In this document: positions 32,094-40,281 of the stretch, one piece after another
How positions within the stretch are numbered: position 1 is the stretch's first letter
How the letters are laid out: every line of letters begins with the position of its first letter
Assembly (NCBI GenBank): GCA_028281365.1
Contig: JANQJZ010000005.1
Location: 7,192-71,191, forward strand
Direction of reading: 5' to 3'
Length of the DNA: 64,000 nucleotides
DNA from: Gammaproteobacteria bacterium
GTDB lineage: Bacteria > Pseudomonadota > Gammaproteobacteria > Eutrophobiales > Eutrophobiaceae
Program-made: the position numbers and the translations under genes
The notes under the pieces: generated by a model
Database searches by the model: none
What the model saw: the letters and a program-made list of their open reading frames with translations, nothing else
What the model was told of the DNA's origin: nothing

Positions 32094-32552
32094 TTAATCA
32101 TTAGTCACGGGTATATCAAAATGCAATATATCCTCCCGTTTGCCCAGCTTCGTATAAAGTTGGATAGGCGGGTCATCATCTTTATCAGCCTGTACAAAAA
32201 TCATCCAGGCACCACGTTCTCTGGCAATCGGTTTGAGATGTTCAATGAGTGCTGTGGCAACACCCTGTCTTCGGTATTCTTTATAAACAGCGAGATCATA
32301 GATATAGATTTCACTACGCGGCTGTTCAAACTTCCTTAGTTCATAAGCAGTCAATCCACCAGTGACCTTGTCATTATCCAGTGCAATCAATGCGATAAAC
32401 GTATCATCGCTCAATAACGATGTAATGTACTCATTATCTGGCCGGTTACGACCATAGTTATGCGGTTCATCAAAAACTTCTTCAAAACAATTGAGCAATT
32501 GATGGAATAAATTAACGTCGTTAATCGTGAGTGATTTAATGGAATGCGGCAT
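32094..32552 (-). CDS. GNAT acetyltransferase of the AAC(3)-I (aminoglycoside 3-N-acetyltransferase) family
   Basis: 152 aa. [26 protein letters not shown] and [29 protein letters not shown] match blocks of AAC(3)-Ia ([55 protein letters not shown]). Confidence 0.65.
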   Translation of the reverse strand: [152 protein letters not shown]

Positions 32553-32596
32553 ATGCTTCTTAATAGATCAAACGACATTCACCCTTTAATATTAAA

Positions 32597-33625
32597 TTAA
32601 TCGGAGGGAGTTTGTGCTTGTTTCATTCGGTGTTCCCAGCGTCGGCGAGCATGGCGGCGCATATTGGGAATGTTGTCGGTCTCGTCGATAATGGCTAGGC
32701 CGAGTATTGTTTCAAAGATATCTTCCATCGTGATCAAACCCAGCCACGTGCCGTACTCGTCATAAACCAGCGCCATATGTTGGTGTTCTTTAAGTAGTGA
32801 AGTCAGGGCTGATTCAGCTGAAAACGTCTCTTGGAAAATCTGTATCGGGTTCATCAATTCACTGATCGGTGTATTGGCTTCAGCATCCAGTAATTCGCTG
32901 CGGAACACAACGCCTTGAGGGTGTTCATCATCATCCAGTACCGGGTAGCGTGAGAAAGATGTTTCTCGCAATATCTCCCTATTATCTTCGGCTGTACTAT
33001 CGAGTCTGAAATATTGGCAGACTGTACGCGGTGTTAAGATGTTGTCCAGTTGTATCTCGTGCAAATCGAGAATATTCGCAATCACCCGCTGTTCATCTTC
33101 ATCCAGCATGTTGCGTTCACGGCCCAACTTGGTCAGCGCCTTGATCTGTGAGCGGATATCGGTCTTTGGCGACTCACCCCCCAGGGAACGCGTGATCATA
33201 TCAGACAGCATAATGAAGGGCTTCAGTATTAAGATCATGCCGTTCAGGATTGGGGGCAGAAATGGTGCCAGTTTATCCCAGTACTTTGCACCGAGCGTTT
33301 TGGGAATAATTTCAGAGAGTACCAGTACCAGAAAAGTCAGGATCGCGGATGAGACGCCCAGGTAACCATCACCAAACACGATACCGACCTGAGCACCGAC
33401 ACCCGCTGCGCCAAAGGTATGAGCAACGGTATTCAAGGTCAGGATCGCCGCCAATGGTTGATCGATACGTTCCTTTAGATTATTTAAACGCTTGTATAAC
33501 TTGGGTTGTGTTTCCCTGAGACTGACGATATAACTTGGCGTAATGGACAACAGGACAGCTTCAAGCACGGAACAGAGAAAAGATACACCGATTGCAAGAA
33601 AAGCGAACGCGATTAACAGGGTCAT
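32597..33625 (-). CDS. CNNM/DUF21 transmembrane domain plus CBS-pair protein (hemolysin-family, putative divalent cation efflux)
   Basis: 342 aa. N-terminal 4-TM DUF21 region (...SVLEAVLLS...), then a CBS pair (...ILTPRT...MEDIFETILG...). No CorC/HlyC C-terminal domain. Confidence 0.8.
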   Translation of the reverse strand: MTLLIAFAFLAIGVSFLCSVLEAVLLSITPSYIVSLRETQPKLYKRLNNLKERIDQPLAAILTLNTVAHTFGAAGVGAQVGIVFGDGYLGVSSAILTFLVLVLSEIIPKTLGAKYWDKLAPFLPPILNGMILILKPFIMLSDMITRSLGGESPKTDIRSQIKALTKLGRERNMLDEDEQRVIANILDLHEIQLDNILTPRTVCQYFRLDSTAEDNREILRETSFSRYPVLDDDEHPQGVVFRSELLDAEANTPISELMNPIQIFQETFSAESALTSLLKEHQHMALVYDEYGTWLGLITMEDIFETILGLAIIDETDNIPNMRRHARRRWEHRMKQAQTPSD

Positions 33626-33792
33626 AAGAAGCGTGAATAATTCCTTCGTGAAAACAAGGTTTCAATGCTACACAACATGATCAGGGTCGGCAATGAGTGG
33701 TTTGAATAGCGTGAACATAAATATGGTAAGAGATGTAAAACGCATTTGAATATTATTAATTCAAGAAATAAATCGATACTGAGCCTATTGAT

Positions 33793-34620
33793 TCAATCCT
33801 CTAGTTCATAAACCCTTTCTAATATATTATCTTCTACTTCTTTTACACCTTTAGGTGATATGAATATCACTTCATCGCTATTGTCGTATTCTATGAATCT
33901 GTCATCATGAAGAGGTTTTATAACAGATCTTTTAAACATTGACAGGTTTGAGTGTTCCACCCAATTAAAAAGATCTTCTATTAAAATTCCGTTATCTAAT
34001 TCAGAGTAAGCTAACAATAAAGCTTTCTGTTTAAAATTTAAATCTGTTCGTAAAATTCTCTTTTTACCTGCAACATTCCAAATGTCTGGAATATTTCTAG
34101 TTGCTAATATATCAACTAATGTCTGTGCTTCTTCTAAAGGAAGCTTGTAATATATTCTTATTAATTCACTTATTACCCAATCACAGTTTCTAATAATTGT
34201 TGCTAAGTCTATTTCGTTAGCTTCAATATCACCGCCTACATGACCAATACCTCTTTTTCCTCTTAATGTATAAAGAAATACAAGTGCTCTCGGAATAATA
34301 ATTCTAAGACTCTCATTTCCAGAGGATTTAGGTAAAATGATTAATTTTCTACATTCATCTGGAAAATTATTTATGTTTGATCCAAAAGGTATAAAAGTTC
34401 CCGTTAACTCCTGTTGTAAAAAACGTAATACAGATTCACAAAATTTTCCTGCGCTTAATCCAGCCGCATCATAAGAAGAATCATACTGGGCTTCTTTATA
34501 TCTATTTTTCAACTCTAGATATGAAGATATGACTTTATCTCGAAATTTTTTCGGAATGTCAGTTAATGCAGAATCTAAAAGTTGACTATGTTTTTGTGTA
34601 TTCGTATTGACCTTCGTCAT
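33793..34620 (-). CDS. hypothetical protein: HEPN-like helical domain (Rx6H) plus C-terminal winged-helix-like domain
   Basis: 275-aa ORF in a 28-32% GC islet. LRGKRGIGH (R120...H127, nt 34240..34263) in a helix-rich context. C-terminal ~80 aa has a wHTH-like pattern. Overlaps the upstream ORF by 35 nt. Confidence 0.6.
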   Translation of the reverse strand: MTKVNTNTQKHSQLLDSALTDIPKKFRDKVISSYLELKNRYKEAQYDSSYDAAGLSAGKFCESVLRFLQQELTGTFIPFGSNINNFPDECRKLIILPKSSGNESLRIIIPRALVFLYTLRGKRGIGHVGGDIEANEIDLATIIRNCDWVISELIRIYYKLPLEEAQTLVDILATRNIPDIWNVAGKKRILRTDLNFKQKALLLAYSELDNGILIEDLFNWVEHSNLSMFKRSVIKPLHDDRFIEYDNSDEVIFISPKGVKEVEDNILERVYELED

Positions 34621-35038
34621 TTTCGTTTCTGCTTAGCTTTTCTGCTCTTAATGCCCGTCCTAGAGATGGGGATAACTCGTTTGTTGTATAAGTGAAAGCT
34701 TTTTTGCTTTGGCAATGATCTTTAATGTCTTTAGTTGTTTTTGGGGTGTTGAAAAAGCCAGCAGTTATTAACTCATCTATCATTGCTCCAGGCCCAGGTC
34801 TACCAGCCACTTTTCGTTTAGCCTTCTTTTTACCAGTTTTTTTATTCTTTTTCTTGTTTGTTTTTTTTATGGGGTTTTTTAGTGGCTCTTCTTCGGGCTC
34901 TTCTTCAGTTTGAACAGATGGCCTCATTTTGAAAACTAACTCTACAATTTTTAGTTGAACAGCTTCCGATTTAAAAGAATTTACAATTTCAGCAAGTTCT
35001 TTTAGCTCTTGTTTTAATTCCTTAAAATTTTCAATCAT
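34586..35038 (-). CDS. hypothetical protein: coiled-coil N-terminus, acidic patch, lysine-rich tract, small C-terminal domain
   Basis: 150 aa from the ATG at 35038, which has a good SD (AAAGGGGAATTTATTATG). The ORF-track TTG at 35080 lies in the rpoH terminator T-tract. Contains EEEPEEEP then KKTNKKKNKKTGKKKAKRK. Confidence 0.55.
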   Translation of the reverse strand: MIENFKELKQELKELAEIVNSFKSEAVQLKIVELVFKMRPSVQTEEEPEEEPLKNPIKKTNKKKNKKTGKKKAKRKVAGRPGPGAMIDELITAGFFNTPKTTKDIKDHCQSKKAFTYTTNELSPSLGRALRAEKLSRNENDEGQYEYTKT

Positions 35039-35074
35039 AATAAATTCCCCTTTGTTAAAAGACTTTACTGTTAT

Positions 35075-35101
35075 CAACAAAAACGGCCCCGAAGGACCGT
35101 T
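35075..35101 (-). terminator. rho-independent terminator of rpoH
   Basis: The minus strand reads AACGGTCC-TTCG-GGGCCGTT followed by TTTGTTG. GC-rich stem with one G:U and a TTCG tetraloop, 37 nt after the rpoH stop. Also T-rich on the plus side. Confidence 0.8.
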
Positions 35102-35137
35102 TGTTGTTTTCGTTTTTCATCATCCTTGATACCTCGT

Positions 35138-35992
35138 TTAAATTGCTATCGCTTCCCGCAGTTTTTTCATTGCGTTGTTTTCGATCTGCCGGATGCGTTC
35201 TGCAGAGACGTTGTACTCAGCAGCAAGCTCATGCAAGGTTACTTTCTTTTCTGCTAACCAACGTTTGGCGATGATGTCTTTACTACGATCATCAAGTAAT
35301 GCGATTGCACTATGCAGTGCATGTTGGTTTTGAACGTCGTTTTGTGCGGTTTCGATCAATTCTTCCGGACCGGCACTTTTATGTTCAAGATAATAAGCGG
35401 GTGCCTGAGTTGATTCTTCATCATCGTTATCATCAGTATAACCATCGAATGATGCATCATAGTTGCTTAGGCGTTTTTCCATCTCCAGTACATCACTGGG
35501 TTTAACGCCTAAATCTTTTGCGACTTCATTGACCTCTTCCTGGTTTAACCAACCCAAACGTTTTTTAGATGAACGTAAGTTAAAGAATAATTTACGTTGT
35601 GCTTTAGTAGTAGCAACTTTAACAATGCGCCAGTTGCGTAATATAAACTCATGGATCTCGGCACGGACCCAATGCACAGCAAAGGAAACCAGTCTTACAC
35701 CGACATCCGGATCAAAACGTTTTACCGCTTTCATTAATCCTACGTTACCTTCCTGGATAAGGTCGGCTTGTTGTAAACCGTAACCGCTGTAACCGCGTGC
35801 GATCTTTACGACAAAACGCAGGTGAGACATTACCAGGCGACGTGCCGCTTCGAGATCGGTTTCTTCACGCAGACGACGGGCCAATGACTGTTCTTCTTCC
35901 AGAGTCAGAATCGGCACCTGGTTCACCGAAGAGATATAACTCTCAATCGAACCTGTCGGTAAGGCTACATTTAATTGTGTAAGTTGATTCAT
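35138..35992 (-). CDS. rpoH: RNA polymerase sigma factor RpoH (sigma-32)
   Basis: 284 aa. Sigma-70 regions 2 and 4 plus the diagnostic RpoH box QRKLFFNLR. Confidence 0.97.
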   Translation of the reverse strand: MNQLTQLNVALPTGSIESYISSVNQVPILTLEEEQSLARRLREETDLEAARRLVMSHLRFVVKIARGYSGYGLQQADLIQEGNVGLMKAVKRFDPDVGVRLVSFAVHWVRAEIHEFILRNWRIVKVATTKAQRKLFFNLRSSKKRLGWLNQEEVNEVAKDLGVKPSDVLEMEKRLSNYDASFDGYTDDNDDEESTQAPAYYLEHKSAGPEELIETAQNDVQNQHALHSAIALLDDRSKDIIAKRWLAEKKVTLHELAAEYNVSAERIRQIENNAMKKLREAIAI

Positions 35993-36055
35993 ACGTTTAT
36001 TTATTCCCTTATGCCTAAATCGGCTATTTATAATTGAATTTTAGCACTCTGGAAC

Positions 36056-36083
36056 TTTGAGTGCTAATTTTTGCAGAAGTTCA
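36056..36083 (-). promoter_or_regulatory. putative sigma-E (RpoE)-type promoter for rpoH
   Basis: The minus strand reads TGAACTT-N16-TCAAA (consensus GGAACTT-N16-TCAAA), about 65 nt upstream of the rpoH ATG. E. coli rpoH P3 is sigma-E dependent. Confidence 0.4.
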
Positions 36084-36118
36084 ACGCAGTTTTGGAGCTA
36101 AACTATTGAAATAATTAA

Positions 36119-37099
36119 TTAAACCGGCTCGATAGAAGCAAGATGTCGCTTAACCGAGATCCAGGAACCAAACAGACCTAGTGCAACCCCAATTAGTAAT
36201 AAAATCAATGAGTTAACAAAGCCAAGGCCGATCAACTCAAAATTACTGCCATATAGGTTGGTTAACTGCTTTACCGGGCCTTGCAGCATCTGCATGGAAA
36301 CGGTTATCAGAAGCCAGGCGATAATACTGCCGAAGACACCATACCAGAGACCACTATAGAGAAACGGTCGTTGGATAAAACTATCGGTGCCGCCAAACAA
36401 TTTGGTGATCTCAATTTCTGCTCGCCTGTTATAAATCGAGAGCCGAATGGTATTACCCACGATCAACAACACCGCAATGGCAAGTAATGTTGAAAGAATA
36501 ATAATAATCCGGTTAATGATATCGAGTATGAACAGTAAACGTTTGATCCACTGACTATCGTATTGCGCACTATCCACTTCCGGCATGGCTTCCAATTCAG
36601 TTATTAACTCATTGGTGATCTGCTCATTCATATTATCCATTGCCGGTTTGATCAGGATAACATTCGGTAACGGGTTTTCATCCAATGCATCCAGTGCTTC
36701 AGCAAAACCGGAAAGGCGTTGATATTCCGATAGTGCATCTGCACGATTAATGATGATCGTTTCTCCGATCATAATGTGTTTGTTTAGTTTGTTTGCAAAC
36801 TCGCTGGCCTGTTCTTCTGTTATCTCGGTTTGTAAAAATAATGTAACTTGTAATGATCCATCCCAACTGGAAGAAACGGTTCTTACGTTATCGAGTAACA
36901 GATAAAAACTGGCAGGTAACGCAAGTGAAATTCCGATTACAGCCGTTGTTAATAAATTACTGATCGGGTTTTTAACGTATTGACCAAGACTGAAAAAAAA
37001 TGCCTGTGCATGTTGTAACAGCCACATATCAAAACGACGTTTAAGTTCTGTTTTAAAACTTTTATCAGGCCGTTGATTTTTTTTCTTTGCCTGTTTCAT
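36119..37099 (-). CDS. ftsX: cell division permease-like protein FtsX
   Basis: 326 aa, 4-TM with a periplasmic loop. ftsY-ftsE-ftsX-rpoH synteny. Confidence 0.93.
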   Translation of the reverse strand: MKQAKKKNQRPDKSFKTELKRRFDMWLLQHAQAFFFSLGQYVKNPISNLLTTAVIGISLALPASFYLLLDNVRTVSSSWDGSLQVTLFLQTEITEEQASEFANKLNKHIMIGETIIINRADALSEYQRLSGFAEALDALDENPLPNVILIKPAMDNMNEQITNELITELEAMPEVDSAQYDSQWIKRLLFILDIINRIIIILSTLLAIAVLLIVGNTIRLSIYNRRAEIEITKLFGGTDSFIQRPFLYSGLWYGVFGSIIAWLLITVSMQMLQGPVKQLTNLYGSNFELIGLGFVNSLILLLIGVALGLFGSWISVKRHLASIEPV

Positions 37100-37773
37100 T
37101 CTTCAACAGGGGTACCGGCATGGGTCAGTATGCGGCCCGTCTTTAAAGTAATAATGCGTTTCTTTAAACGTTTGATCATATCCAGATCATGACTGGCAAT
37201 AAGTACGGTTACACCAACCTGGTTAAACTGTTCAAATAATTTCATCGTGTCCCAGGACAAGGCTGGGTCGAGGTTTCCGGTCGGTTCGTCAGCAAGCAAT
37301 ACGGCAGGCCGATGAACAACTGCACGTGCGACACCCACTCGTTGCTGCTCGCCACCGGACAGTGACATTGGGTAACTATTAATCTTTGGTAACAGACTGA
37401 CTTTATCCAATGCAGCTTGTACACGTTTACGAATCTCCTGGTGACGGTAACCGGCAATGACTAATGGTAAGCCAACATTGTCAAAGACGGTCCGATCATT
37501 TAATAAACGATGATCCTGAAACATAAAACCAATGTTTCGTCGGAATAAAGGAATACGTCGATTACGCACGCGTTCCAGGTTTTGTCCATTAACGATGATC
37601 TGTCCGCGTGAATGACGATCGATTAAAGCGACCAGTCGTAACAAGGTACTCTTGCCGGCACCGGAACGGCCGGTGACATAAACCATTGCGCCTTGTTCGA
37701 CGTGTAGATTGATATTTCTTAATGCTTCGTTACCGCCGGGGTAAGTCATGTGTACATTGGTAAAGCGAATCAT
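37096..37773 (-). CDS. ftsE: cell division ATP-binding protein FtsE
   Basis: 225 aa. Walker A GRSGAGKST, signature LSGGEQQR, Walker B LLADEP. Confidence 0.95.
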   Translation of the reverse strand: MIRFTNVHMTYPGGNEALRNINLHVEQGAMVYVTGRSGAGKSTLLRLVALIDRHSRGQIIVNGQNLERVRNRRIPLFRRNIGFMFQDHRLLNDRTVFDNVGLPLVIAGYRHQEIRKRVQAALDKVSLLPKINSYPMSLSGGEQQRVGVARAVVHRPAVLLADEPTGNLDPALSWDTMKLFEQFNQVGVTVLIASHDLDMIKRLKKRIITLKTGRILTHAGTPVEE

Positions 37774-38795
37774 GTGTCGCTCACCAATAATGCATCGATA
37801 AAGTCGGCGGCATTGAACGGTCTGAGATCATCGAGTTGTTCACCAACGCCAATAAACCGAATCGGGATCTTTAATTCATCTGCGAGTGAAAAAGCGATTC
37901 CACCTTTTGCCGTGCCATCAAGTTTGGTTAATGCGATGCCGGTTATACCGATCGCCTCATGAAATTGTCTTGCCTGCATCAGGGCATTTTGTCCGGTACC
38001 GGCATCCAACACTAATAACACTTCGCGTTGTATGTTGGCATCAAATTTATCACCAATGCGATAGATCTTTTTCATTTCTTCCATCAGGTTATCTTTATTA
38101 TGTAAGCGTCCTGCAGTGTCAGCGATAAGCACATCGGTATTATTTGCCCTTGCTGAATCAAGTGCATCAAAGATCACGGCACCGGAATCGGAGCCGTGTG
38201 CCTGGGCAATGACTTTAATATTGTTACGTTCACCCCAGACTTGTAATTGTTCGATCGCTGCCGCTCGAAAGGTATCACCCGCAGCCAACATGACCGATTT
38301 GCCTTCTGACTGTAGACGTTTTGCCAATTTACCGATGGTAGTGGTCTTGCCGACACCATTAACACCAACAACCAGGATCAGGAAGGGTTTGTTGGGTTGC
38401 TCAGGGATCTGTAACGGTTTCTCAACGGTTTCAAGTACAGAAAGCAGGAGCTGTTTCAGTTTTTCCAGCGGATTCTGTTTGGATTTATTATCTGTTTCTG
38501 CTTTTAGCAGTTGAATGACCTGATCAGTGGTTTTGATGCCGATATCGGCCGTGATCATCCTGTCTTCAAGCTCTTCCAATGTCGCCGTATCGATAGTTTG
38601 CTTCTTTATGCGGTTTAAAAGACCGCCGAAAAGACCGGAGCGAGTGCGTTGCAGGCGGTCTGAGAGCGTCGTTCCCTCGATTTTAGCTGCGGATTTTTCG
38701 TCGTTACTTTTTTTCTTTAGGCCAAACACAAAAAGTGAACTATTTAGAATGCTGTCAAAGTTGGGGTATCCTACCATTAGTGATATAGAACTCAT
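37770..38795 (-). CDS. ftsY: signal recognition particle receptor FtsY
   Basis: NG domain with GVNGVGKTTT, DTAGR and TKLDG motifs. Short N-terminal region. Exact start is uncertain; a GTG giving MFGLKKK... is an alternative. Confidence 0.93.
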   Translation of the reverse strand: MSSISLMVGYPNFDSILNSSLFVFGLKKKSNDEKSAAKIEGTTLSDRLQRTRSGLFGGLLNRIKKQTIDTATLEELEDRMITADIGIKTTDQVIQLLKAETDNKSKQNPLEKLKQLLLSVLETVEKPLQIPEQPNKPFLILVVGVNGVGKTTTIGKLAKRLQSEGKSVMLAAGDTFRAAAIEQLQVWGERNNIKVIAQAHGSDSGAVIFDALDSARANNTDVLIADTAGRLHNKDNLMEEMKKIYRIGDKFDANIQREVLLVLDAGTGQNALMQARQFHEAIGITGIALTKLDGTAKGGIAFSLADELKIPIRFIGVGEQLDDLRPFNAADFIDALLVSDT

Positions 38796-38861
38796 AAAGA
38801 GAAATACTCTCTATATAGCGTACATATAAATTAATTCCCTTAAATAACGTTAATAGCAATT

Positions 38862-40256
38862 ATGAAACAGTATTGGTCATCTTTAATAAGCATTGTATTC
38901 GGGCTGGCCCTGGTTATGCCGGTGCCGGTATTTGCCAAGGTACATGAATATCAGCTCGATAATGGACTGAAGGTATTGGTAAAAGAAGATAGTCGTGCGC
39001 CGGTCGTCGTGTCACAGGTCTGGTATAAGGTCGGCAGCAGTTATGAGCACGATGGAATTACCGGTGTCTCGCATGCGCTTGAGCATATGATGTTTAAAGG
39101 CACAGAAAAATTTCCAACGGGTGAGTTTTCCCGCATTATTTCCGAGAATGGCGGCCGGGATAATGCCTTCACCGGGCCGGATTATACAACTTACTTTCAA
39201 ACCCTGGAAGCTTCAAGGTTGGAGATCAGTTTTCAACTGGAATCGGATCGTATGCGTAATCTCCTGTTACCGGCGGACGAATTCCTGAAAGAGATCGAGG
39301 TTGTCAAGGAAGAACGTCGTTGGCGTACAGAAGATAACCCTACTTCTTTTTTATATGAAACAACGAAAGCGACCGCATTCCAGACCAGTCCTTATCGTTA
39401 CCCTGTTATTGGCTGGATGCAGGATCTCGATAATATGACTATCGAAGATCTGGGTGGCTGGTATAAAAAATATTATGCACCGAATAATGCAACGGTCGTC
39501 GTCGTCGGTGACGTTAAACCCGATGAAGTATTTGCCTTGGCAAAAAAATATTTTGGTCCGTTACCTAAAGGCGAACCGATTTCAATTAAAGTACTGGAAG
39601 AAGTCGAACAACAAGGCGCGAAACGGGTAAAGGTAAAACGTCCGGCAGAGTTACCGTCATTAATTATGATGTATAAAACACCGGTCGTTAAACCGGGTAC
39701 GGTTGATCAAACAGAGTGGGATTGGGAACCATATGCGCTGGAAGTATTGAGCGGTATTCTTGACGGCGGAGATAGTGCACGTTTTGCCAGTCGATTGGTA
39801 CGTGGCAGTGAAGTTGCAGCAGCAGCCAGTGCCGGTTATCAGATGGCTTCGCGTCTGGATAATGTGTTTAGTGTTTCCGGTACGCCTTCAAAAGATAAAA
39901 CAATTAAAGATCTCGAAGATGCGTTTCGTAAAGAGTTGGTTGATATGCAAACCAATCTGGTTAGCGATGAAGAATTGCAACGGGTAAAGGCGCAAGTTGT
40001 TTCAGCAGATGTTTATGAAAAAGATTCGGTTTTCTTTCAAGCCTATATTATTGGTGTTTTGGAAACGATCGGTTTGTCATGGCAACTGGCAGATAAATAT
40101 GTTGAACGAATAAAGGCAGTAACCGCAGAACAGGTTATGGCTGTAGCAAAAAAATATTTGGTTGAAGATCGCTTAACCATTGCGGAACTGGATCCATTAC
40201 CTTTGGGTGCGAAGAAACCAAGACGTGCCCCTACAGGAGGTTCCCGTGCACATTAA
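38862..40256 (+). CDS. M16-family zinc metallopeptidase (active subunit, HxxEH)
   Basis: 464 aa with a signal peptide. Inverted zinc motif HALEHMMFKGT. Confidence 0.88.
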   Translation: MKQYWSSLISIVFGLALVMPVPVFAKVHEYQLDNGLKVLVKEDSRAPVVVSQVWYKVGSSYEHDGITGVSHALEHMMFKGTEKFPTGEFSRIISENGGRDNAFTGPDYTTYFQTLEASRLEISFQLESDRMRNLLLPADEFLKEIEVVKEERRWRTEDNPTSFLYETTKATAFQTSPYRYPVIGWMQDLDNMTIEDLGGWYKKYYAPNNATVVVVGDVKPDEVFALAKKYFGPLPKGEPISIKVLEEVEQQGAKRVKVKRPAELPSLIMMYKTPVVKPGTVDQTEWDWEPYALEVLSGILDGGDSARFASRLVRGSEVAAAASAGYQMASRLDNVFSVSGTPSKDKTIKDLEDAFRKELVDMQTNLVSDEELQRVKAQVVSADVYEKDSVFFQAYIIGVLETIGLSWQLADKYVERIKAVTAEQVMAVAKKYLVEDRLTIAELDPLPLGAKKPRRAPTGGSRAH

Positions 40257-40281
40257 TAACCGTTTTTTATTGGACTTATTT

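Noticed and set aside
34725-34913. 62-aa Phe-rich plus-strand ORF inside the islet.
   Set aside because: It is the antisense shadow of the Lys-rich (AAA/AAG) tract of the 150-aa ORF, where poly-Lys codons read as poly-Phe on the other strand.
35039-35080. TTG-initiated 14-codon extension of the first islet ORF.
   Set aside because: The TTG sits in the T-tract of the rpoH terminator. The ATG at 35038 has a good AGGGGA Shine-Dalgarno at proper spacing.
33626-35137. Direct repeats or att-like sites, tRNA fragments, or integrase/transposase remnants flanking the low-GC islet.
   Set aside because: Reading both borders by eye, I found no convincing repeat of 10 nt or more shared by the two flanks, and no mobility gene. 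Absence by eye is not proof, and a computed repeat search is still advisable.
36041-36067. The 9-bp perfect hairpin as a simple rho-independent terminator of ftsX.
   Set aside because: On the ftsX (minus) strand the stem is followed by AAATTC, not a U-tract. The T-run is on the plus strand. It is kept only as an unexplained structure in the rpoH-upstream finding.
40180-40281. 77-nt overlap of the second M16 peptidase ORF with the first (ORF-track start 40180).
   Set aside because: The ATG at 40282 yields a clean signal peptide (MRIFLLLLLGLNWSLALA). The upstream extension is simply an open frame overlapping the previous gene's 3' end.
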